IMG/VR virus record: IMGVR_UViG_3300044825_003153
Coordinates: 6,928-70,927 of that record
From: a virus
Length of the DNA stretch: 64,000 nucleotides
Direction: 5' to 3' (one strand)
Below are positions 36,689-43,495 of the stretch, piece by piece. A program made the translations under genes and the position numbers. The first letter of the stretch is position 1. Every line of letters begins with the position of its first letter. The notes below the pieces were generated by a model. It ran no database searches and was not told the origin of the DNA. It saw nothing but the letters and a program-made list of their open reading frames with translations.

Positions 36689-37023
36689 GCCGGCTGCTCC
36701 TCGTTCAGGTTCGCCTTGAAGTAGATCCCGTCGGCCTGGACCTCGCCGGCCTGCACGATCAGCACGCGGCCGTCGGGCGTGGTCAGGATGTCCTGGGGGC
36801 GCAGGTCGGCGTCGGGGTCGAAGTAGGCGTAGCGGGTCGGCTGGCTGACCAGCTGGCCGTCGACGTCGGCGAGCTGGGTGAGGAAGGCCGCCGTCATCCG
36901 GCAGCGCAAAGCCGTCGCCACGGTCGTCTTGGTCTCGGTGTGACCGCCGCGTCCGTTCGGGGTCCGCACGATCCGCTCGACGCGGACGCTCTGCGGCAGC
37001 ATCCGATCGGAAATGATGGGCAT
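36685..37023 (-). CDS. Head closure protein (SPP1 gp16-like)
   Basis: PNGRGG...DLRPQDIL, at the expected position. Confidence 0.75.
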   Translation of the reverse strand: MPIISDRMLPQSVRVERIVRTPNGRGGHTETKTTVATALRCRMTAAFLTQLADVDGQLVSQPTRYAYFDPDADLRPQDILTTPDGRVLIVQAGEVQADGIYFKANLNEEQPA

Positions 37024-37697
37024 CAGAAGCTCACGGTCCGGAACGGATCGAGCAGCAGCTTGAGCTCGTCGGGCAGCAGCCCCTGCCCCATGGTGCCGGG
37101 CGTGTAGCTCCAGGACGCATCGCCCAACCGTTCCGAGGTGACGCCGATCGGTCGCTCCTGTCGCTCCAGCTGCGCCCGGACCGCCATCTGGCAGGCGGCC
37201 TCGATCTCTTCCGGCAGGTTGGCCTCGCCGTCGGTGCTCCCAGGCGGGATCCAACCGGCGGTGTAGTCGATCTCGACCTGGAACAGGCGCTGCGGACCGC
37301 TGCGGTAGCCGTAGTCGCCGCCGGCGCCCACCTCGGCCAATTCGTCCCAGATGAAGTTGCTCTCCGCCAGGAGCCGGATCACGCCGGCCTCGGGATGCTC
37401 CACGGACCACTTCGAGGCCTCGAGCGTCACCCCGTCGATCTTCAGGCTGTGCACGGTCTGGATCGGCCTGCGGCTCATCACCAGCAGCACGGTGCCGGCG
37501 GCCTCGCGCAGCTTCTCGGTGACGCGCTCGCGCGCCAGTATCCTCCCGACATAGCGTTCGATCGCCGCCGAGCACTGACCGATGATGGTCTCGATCTTGA
37601 CGTCCAGCGCCTTGGTCGCCGGCATGACTTCCCGGTAGCGCTTCGCCGTCGTGAGGCTGCGCCGGTTCGCCATGGTGGTGGTGGAGACGATCGCCAT
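37023..37697 (-). CDS. Head-tail connector/adaptor
   Basis: SAAIERYVGRIL...IDYTAGW..PG...LPEEIEAAC...LGDASWSY...LLDPFR. Confidence 0.85.
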   Translation of the reverse strand: MAIVSTTTMANRRSLTTAKRYREVMPATKALDVKIETIIGQCSAAIERYVGRILARERVTEKLREAAGTVLLVMSRRPIQTVHSLKIDGVTLEASKWSVEHPEAGVIRLLAESNFIWDELAEVGAGGDYGYRSGPQRLFQVEIDYTAGWIPPGSTDGEANLPEEIEAACQMAVRAQLERQERPIGVTSERLGDASWSYTPGTMGQGLLPDELKLLLDPFRTVSF

Positions 37698-37700
37698 GGG

Positions 37701-38051
37701 TCAGAACCCCGCCTTGCCCGCCTGCCCGGCATCCAGGCTGTTGCAGCCGCACCGTGCATCCCGCTGTCGCTGCGCCTGATCTCGGGAGGCCTGGGCCGTC
37801 GGGCTCATGCGGCCGCGAGCGTCTCGGTCCGCGCTGCCAGCGGGCGGGCTGGGCGGGTCCTCGTCGCTGTTGCGGCCGTGCAGGCTCCGGTCGATCGCGG
37901 CCAGGATGAACAGGTCCTGCAGGGTCAGGCCGCCCTGCAGGAGGTTCACCGTCCCCGAGGGATTGCAGCAGTCGCCGGTGCGCCCGCCCTCGCGCGGCGC
38001 CGCGGCGGCAGGCGCTGCCAGCAGCAGCGCCGCCACCAGGAGCGTGCGCAT
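37701..38051 (-). CDS. Small secreted protein inserted in the head module
   Basis: Signal peptide MRTLLVAALLLAAPAAA, with CC and CxC motifs. Confidence 0.55.
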   Translation of the reverse strand: MRTLLVAALLLAAPAAAAPREGGRTGDCCNPSGTVNLLQGGLTLQDLFILAAIDRSLHGRNSDEDPPSPPAGSADRDARGRMSPTAQASRDQAQRQRDARCGCNSLDAGQAGKAGF

Positions 38052-38299
38052 CAGTCCTCGGCCGGCTTGCGGCCGCGCCTGCCGGTCGGCGCCGCCGCCT
38101 CGTCGGTCTTCGGCGCCTCGTCGGTCTTCGGTGGGTCCTGGGGCTTGGGCGCCGCCGCGTCGGGCTCGGCGATGTAGCCTGCGCCGAGCAGGCCGGGCAC
38201 CAGAGCATCCGGGCAGTCGAAGTCCTGGCCCTCACGGGCGTGCAGGATCGTCAGGCCGTCCCGGCTGTAGGGGAAGTCCTTCAAGGCGGTGGCACGCAT
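38051..38299 (-). CDS. Small post-capsid protein
   Basis: GLLGAGYIAE followed by a low-complexity tail. Confidence 0.7.
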   Translation of the reverse strand: MRATALKDFPYSRDGLTILHAREGQDFDCPDALVPGLLGAGYIAEPDAAAPKPQDPPKTDEAPKTDEAAAPTGRRGRKPAED

Positions 38300-38377
38300 G
38301 TCGTGGTCTCCAATGTGAAGGGGCGGACCGAAGCCCGCCCCCTGTCACCACGCCGCCTGTTGACGGTCTGCCGAAGA

Positions 38378-38827
38378 TCAGCCGACCGGCGTGAACGGCA
38401 CGTTCCAGCCCTTCTTCACCACCAGGATGACGATCGGCGCCGCGCCGGTGTTGTTCGAGGGCGTGACGGTCAGGCGCCAGTAGCGCTTGCCCGCCCCCTT
38501 GCGCGGCACGACGCCGATCTTCCGGATGGCGCTGTCCGCCGCGAAGGTGAAGCCGGCCGCGGCCAGGGTGCCGATCAGGCACTCGGTCGGGGCCGCGGCC
38601 GCATCCGAGAGGTTCGCCGCATCGCCGTGATCCATGGTCACCGCGAAGGTCGCATCCGCGTCGGCCAGCGTGCCCGTCATGATGACGAACTCGAAGGTCT
38701 CGAGGTCCTGCGAATCGATGATCGCCGAGACCAGCGCGGTGTTGTCGGTCTGGGCCGCGGCCACGGGCGCCAGGCCGACCGCATAGTCCAGGCTGTTGTG
38801 GAGCTCGTGAACGTTGATCTGTGCCAT
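38378..38827 (-). CDS. Capsid decoration/cement-like protein
   Basis: Beta-rich 149 aa directly after the major capsid gene. Confidence 0.65.
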   Translation of the reverse strand: MAQINVHELHNSLDYAVGLAPVAAAQTDNTALVSAIIDSQDLETFEFVIMTGTLADADATFAVTMDHGDAANLSDAAAAPTECLIGTLAAAGFTFAADSAIRKIGVVPRKGAGKRYWRLTVTPSNNTGAAPIVILVVKKGWNVPFTPVG

Positions 38828-38901
38828 CGGGGCACTCCGAAGCTGGTGTGGGAGGCGGGCGATAACCGGGCCTGTGGGCCCGGTTATCTGCTCGGCTCAG
38901 A

Positions 38902-40275
38902 TCAGGTGCTGACCTTGAGGAAGACCGCGGCCTCGAAGTTCGTGACGCCGCCGCCCACCCGCATCCGCGAGTAGAAGGTGACGAACGGCTTGGAGGTGTA
39001 CGGGTCCCGCAGGGTGGTGATCCCGAGGCGCCGGACGATGGTGTAGAACTGGCGCCAGTCGCCGAACCCGATCGGGTAGGTGCCGGCCGCCACCGCCGGC
39101 ATGTCGTCGGCCAGGGACACCGGGTAGCCGCAGAGCTGCGACTGCACCGAGTTGTCGCGGAAGCCGGGCACCCAGAGATACTGGCCGGTTCCTGCCGAAG
39201 CGCCGCTGTCGTCGCGGAAGATCGAGATCGCGGCCAGGGTGGCGCGCTTCATCAGCCAGCGGGCGTTGGGGTGGTAGGGCTCCTTCAGCGCCAGCAGCGG
39301 CAGCTTCTTGATCGCGTCCGGCTTCAGGAGATTGGCGTCTCCGGTCGTGTAGAACTGCACGCCGCTGGTGCGCGAGCCCTGGCTCGCAGTCATCGTGTAG
39401 CCCAGGATGCCCCGGGGCTTCTTGACGCCGTTGCCGCTGATGAAGGCGGTGGCCTCGATGCGGGCGAACTTCTCCGCGTTCTTCTTCGCCAGCCACTCTT
39501 CGACGTTCACGTTGGCGTCCTCCAGCACGCGCTGGGTCGCCTTGACGTGAGTGTAGATCTCGTCGGCCGGGATCATGAACGAGCCGACCTGCGGCGTGCC
39601 GGTCTCGGTCCGGGCCTCCTCCTCGCCGACCCAGCCGCCCGAGCCCTCGCCCTCGTCGTAGGGGATCTCGATCCGGTCGGTGCCGATGGTCTCGACGTAG
39701 GCCAGCTGCGCCATGGGCGAGCTCTCGCGGACGATCTCCATGATCCGCGAGGACATCGCCGGGGTGACGAAGAAGCCGCCATCGGGGTCCGAGCCCGTGG
39801 TCAGGGCCTTGCTTTCCTCGACCGAGAGCAGCTTCTCGTTCTTGGCGCGCAGGTAGCGCCGGAACGCCGGGCGATAGCCCTTGTATTCCGCGATCTCCGC
39901 GTCGCTGACCGTGATGTCTTCCAGCTGGTCGTTGGGCGTCCCGGCGAAGGACATGCGGGCGCGCTTGAACTCGAGCGCCTCGACGTTCTCGGGCCGCGGG
40001 ATGTCGAAGTTGGCGACGCCGGCGCTGCGCCCCATCCGGTTGAGGGCAGTCCCCATCAGGTCCATCTTCTGCTGGACCTTCTGCTCCAGGGCCGCGAACT
40101 TCTCCGCCATGGAGGTCGCGTAGGCCTTGACCTCGTCGGCGCCGGCCTTGCCCTCGGCGAGCTGGCGGGCGTCGTGGAGGTCCTTCTGGACCTGATCGAA
40201 GAGCTTCTTGTTGTCGTCGCCGATGCGCGCGATCTCGCGCTTCACCTCTTCGGCGACCTGCTCCAGCTCGGCCAT
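38902..40275 (-). CDS. HK97-fold major capsid protein
   Basis: Coiled-coil delta domain, DPDGGFFVTP, FISGNGVKKPRGIL, RDPYTSKPFVTFYSRMRVGG. Confidence 0.97.
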   Translation of the reverse strand: MAELEQVAEEVKREIARIGDDNKKLFDQVQKDLHDARQLAEGKAGADEVKAYATSMAEKFAALEQKVQQKMDLMGTALNRMGRSAGVANFDIPRPENVEALEFKRARMSFAGTPNDQLEDITVSDAEIAEYKGYRPAFRRYLRAKNEKLLSVEESKALTTGSDPDGGFFVTPAMSSRIMEIVRESSPMAQLAYVETIGTDRIEIPYDEGEGSGGWVGEEEARTETGTPQVGSFMIPADEIYTHVKATQRVLEDANVNVEEWLAKKNAEKFARIEATAFISGNGVKKPRGILGYTMTASQGSRTSGVQFYTTGDANLLKPDAIKKLPLLALKEPYHPNARWLMKRATLAAISIFRDDSGASAGTGQYLWVPGFRDNSVQSQLCGYPVSLADDMPAVAAGTYPIGFGDWRQFYTIVRRLGITTLRDPYTSKPFVTFYSRMRVGGGVTNFEAAVFLKVST

Positions 40276-40300
40276 TTGCCGGTCCTTTCGGGATTGGTGG

Positions 40301-41002
40301 TCACGCCGGCCGGATCCGCTTCAGCTGATCCAGCCACCCCGCGACCGCCTTCCCGTCGTCCCGACGTTCATCGGTACCGCTGCCCTCTGACGGCTCATCC
40401 CGAGCCCGCAGCAGGGCGCTGAAACCCTTGATCGAGATCGTCTCCGCCTCCCGGCGGGAAAATCCCCCGTCCTCGCGCAACCAGGCTTCAAAGTCGCGCG
40501 CAGTGACGATCTGGTCGGCCTTCTTGACCGACAGAACTCGCGTGCCCGGATTGGCCGGGTTGTCGACGATGCTGACCTCGCGCAGGTCGATCTCGCGCAG
40601 GGTGCGGATGCCCTTGGCGTCCCGATCGGCCTTCAGCGCCTTGTAGCCAATGCTCAGCCCGTCGATCGCGCCGTGGCGCAGCAGGGCGGCCACGTCGTTG
40701 GCGACGCTATGGCCCGGGGTCAGCTCACCCTCGACGTAGAGGCCGCGGCCGTCCTCGCGGAAGGTGGTCCACTTGCCGATGACGATGCTGTCGTGCTGCA
40801 GCCGCATCGGGATGTGGCGCTTGGCGCCGGCGTAGCGATCCAGCGCCGCCTTGTAGGCGCCGGGGGCGATCACGTCCTTGTAGCTGTCCGGCTCGCCACC
40901 GAAGACCGACGCATAGCCGCTCACGCGCACGGGCTCGTCGTCGCCCTCGCGGAACTTCAGCTCGCAGCTCTCGGCGTCGATGAACTTGGTCTCGAGGGCC
41001 AA
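40301..41002 (-). CDS. HK97-type prohead protease
   Basis: GYASVFG...DVIAPGAY...MRLQHD...GLSIGY...LREVSIVDNPAN, TTG start. Confidence 0.95.
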   Translation of the reverse strand: MALETKFIDAESCELKFREGDDEPVRVSGYASVFGGEPDSYKDVIAPGAYKAALDRYAGAKRHIPMRLQHDSIVIGKWTTFREDGRGLYVEGELTPGHSVANDVAALLRHGAIDGLSIGYKALKADRDAKGIRTLREIDLREVSIVDNPANPGTRVLSVKKADQIVTARDFEAWLREDGGFSRREAETISIKGFSALLRARDEPSEGSGTDERRDDGKAVAGWLDQLKRIRPA

Positions 41003-41275
41003 GGTCGCACTCCGGTTGATAGGCCGGGGCGAGCCTTACGGAGGGTTGCGCGCGGGGTCTGCCGAAAGTCTCGACGGGGATGCCGGATGGGGTATTGACG
41101 CGGCTGGAAAGCGGCAGCGGCCGGCGAGCCCCTCAGGCACCCGCCGACCGCCCCTCACACCCGATCGCCCTCTCGGCTTGGGTATGGTCGCTGCGGTCCG
41201 CCCCGGGGACCGGGCCGGGCCTCCGCCAGGGATGTCCGGCCCGCCCTCCCCCGGCGCAGGGAACCGCGAAACTCG

Positions 41276-41366
41276 CCGGTCAGGACCTGTGCGTTACCTG
41301 ACCGGGATGCTCCGGTGAGCCGGCGTCCGCCCATGTCGGGTTGAACAGGGTGGAACCCACCGGAGC
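41276..41366. other. Structured non-coding segment in the capsid-operon leader
   Basis: CCGGTCAGG/CCTGACCGG and GCTCCGGTG/CACCGGAGC stems, with a nested GGGTT/AACCC stem. Confidence 0.4.
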
Positions 41367-41403
41367 GGTGATTGCATAGCAGCAGGTGCGGGGTGGCGGA
41401 TGG

Positions 41404-41437
41404 AAAAGAAAGAGGCCCGGCGGCAGGGCCGGGCCTC
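41404..41437 (-). terminator. Rho-independent terminator
   Basis: GAGGCCCGGC/GCCGGGCCTC stem followed by TTTCTTTT on the minus strand. Confidence 0.75.
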
Positions 41438-41537
41438 ACAGTCGGGGCAGTAAGCCTCAAGTCGCAAGTCGGTGTCATGGGGGCGGGGAGCCCCGGGACA
41501 CACAGCGGGGGTACCACGCCGCGCGAGGTGGCGGGTC

Positions 41538-41567
41538 AAAAAGAAAGGCCGCGGGGATACCGCGGCC
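41538..41567 (-). terminator. Rho-independent terminator
   Basis: GGCCGCGG/CCGCGGCC stem followed by TTTCTTTTT on the minus strand. Confidence 0.75.
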
Positions 41568-41588
41568 AGAGTGAACTCCATCGCTTGG

Positions 41589-41798
41589 TCACAGCGGCTC
41601 GTAGCACGGCAGCTTGGTCAGCGGGAAGTCGCGGTCGGCCACCCATGCCTTGCGCTCGCGGTCGTACCAACAGACCGGCACGCGGGTACCGCCCTTGAAG
41701 AGGAGCGCGCGACGCTCGCCGGCGGGCAGGGTCAGATGGCCCAGGACCTTCCCGTAGCGGCTGCTCAGCACCGGCGTGGTCTCCAGGGCGACGATCAT
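41589..41798 (-). CDS. Hypothetical protein
   Basis: ATGA-coupled to the MuF gene. Confidence 0.55.
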   Translation of the reverse strand: MIVALETTPVLSSRYGKVLGHLTLPAGERRALLFKGGTRVPVCWYDRERKAWVADRDFPLTKLPCYEPL

Positions 41799-43495
41799 GG
41801 CAGGCGCCGCCTCAGGGCCGCCAGGACCGCCCGCTCCTGTCGCGCGAAGCCCTCGCGCAGGGCCGCGGCCAGGATCTCCTCGTGATGCCGCAGCCGTTGT
41901 TCGACCGCCTTCCAGGCTGTGTCGCGTGCGGCCTTGTCGGCGAGCTCGGCCGCGCTCTTCTCGTCCGGCAGCGGGATCGAGAGGCAGCGGCAGTTTATGT
42001 CGAGCTTGGGCTTGCCGAAGTCCCCCGGGTACATGGCCTCATTGCCCTCCCAGACGAAGGGCTTGTCGGCCTCGACGATCTGCCCGTCCAGCGCCGAATG
42101 AGCGTCGCGCACGAAGGCGTCGCGCGAGCTGAGCCACATCTTGCGCTCGACGTTGCCGCGGGCGATCGCCGCCTGCGCGCCGTAGCCGGCGGCGCGCGTG
42201 GTCTCGGTGCGGGCGATGATCTCGGCGCGCACGCCCTTCGCACGAGCGAAGACGCCGCGGATCGCCTTGACCAGCTTGGGGAAGGTCGGGCCGTCGCTGG
42301 TGACCTTCGCCATGGCGTCGGCCAGCTCGCGCCGCGTGGTCGTGCCGACCAGCTCCTTGATCCGCTCGGCGCCGAACTTCTTGAGGAAGTCCATCACCGC
42401 CGGCCGTTTGACCGTGAAGGACGCCTCGACGTCGATCACCCGATAGGTCCGGCGGCCGAAGTCCTGGATGATGTCCTCGATCGATTCCGCGGCCGCGGCG
42501 GCCAGATCCTCGTCGGGGACTTCGTCGCCGATGCCCTCATAGTTGCCGGGGTCGACCTTCAGCTCGAGCTCCTCGCCCCAGGTCGACTTCGTCGTCTTGG
42601 CCGGGCCCAGGATCACCTCGGGGCCGACCGTGATCGGGAAGTCGGGCAGCCGCTCGGGCACCGGACCGTCGTGGTCGTAGCTCACCGTGATGTGCGGCAG
42701 GTAGGCCGGGAAGCCGTGGACCGCGCCGGCCTCGGTGGCGCGCATGTTGCAGGCGCGGGCAAGCTGGCTCTCGACCACCAGCGCCAGGGCCCGGCCGTCG
42801 GCGCCCAGGCGCGCCCAGCGATAGGTTGCGGGATCCAGGGTCTCGACATCGTCGATCGGCTCACGGTCGCCCTCGCCCACCGTGCCGCCGTAGACCGTGG
42901 TCAGGTGGTAGGCCGGATGCAGCGTGGGCTTGGCCGGGATCACCAGGGGCATGATGCCGACCTCGCGGCACCAGTCGGCGAGCCGCTCGGGCTCCTGCAC
43001 TTCCAGCCAGGCGAAGACGGGCGTCGCCAGCCCGTCGTCCTCAGTAGGAAAAGGGGGCTCGGACTTGCCGTCCGCGCCCTCCTCGTCGCCTGCGCCAGTC
43101 TCCGTGGTCGCCCCCGTCGTGGCCGCGGCGAAGTCCTCGTCGCTGACGTCGAAGAACGGGACGTCGAAGCCCAGCTCGTAGAGCTGGTTCTGGTACTCGT
43201 CGACGTAGGTATCGACGACCTTCGTCCAGGCCTCGTCGAGCCCCTCGGCGGCATCGAGGTAGGTCGCCCATGCGCTCGGCGGCTGACTGAGCTCCGGGGG
43301 CTCGAGCGGGCTGGCGTTGCCCTTGATCGGGCTCAGCAGCTCGCCGGTATCGAGATAGTACCCGTCGGGCGCTTCCGGCTCCAATCCGAGCTGCGCCACG
43401 GCCTCCTCGCGCGTCAGCTGCCCGTCGGCCATGAACAGCTGCGTCACCGTGATGATCGGGTGCGGGCCACCGTCGAACACGGGGATGATGTTCAC
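41795..43495 (-). CDS. Fusion of an acidic N-domain, an Acb1-like 2H phosphoesterase and a MuF/SPP1 gp7 head morphogenesis domain
   Basis: HLTTVY and PHITVSY HxT motifs. MuF motifs RAEIIARTETTRAA...KMWLSSRD..VRDAHSALDG...PGD...DINCRC. Confidence 0.85.
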   Translation of the reverse strand: MNIIPVFDGGPHPIITVTQLFMADGQLTREEAVAQLGLEPEAPDGYYLDTGELLSPIKGNASPLEPPELSQPPSAWATYLDAAEGLDEAWTKVVDTYVDEYQNQLYELGFDVPFFDVSDEDFAAATTGATTETGAGDEEGADGKSEPPFPTEDDGLATPVFAWLEVQEPERLADWCREVGIMPLVIPAKPTLHPAYHLTTVYGGTVGEGDREPIDDVETLDPATYRWARLGADGRALALVVESQLARACNMRATEAGAVHGFPAYLPHITVSYDHDGPVPERLPDFPITVGPEVILGPAKTTKSTWGEELELKVDPGNYEGIGDEVPDEDLAAAAAESIEDIIQDFGRRTYRVIDVEASFTVKRPAVMDFLKKFGAERIKELVGTTTRRELADAMAKVTSDGPTFPKLVKAIRGVFARAKGVRAEIIARTETTRAAGYGAQAAIARGNVERKMWLSSRDAFVRDAHSALDGQIVEADKPFVWEGNEAMYPGDFGKPKLDINCRCLSIPLPDEKSAAELADKAARDTAWKAVEQRLRHHEEILAAALREGFARQERAVLAALRRRLP

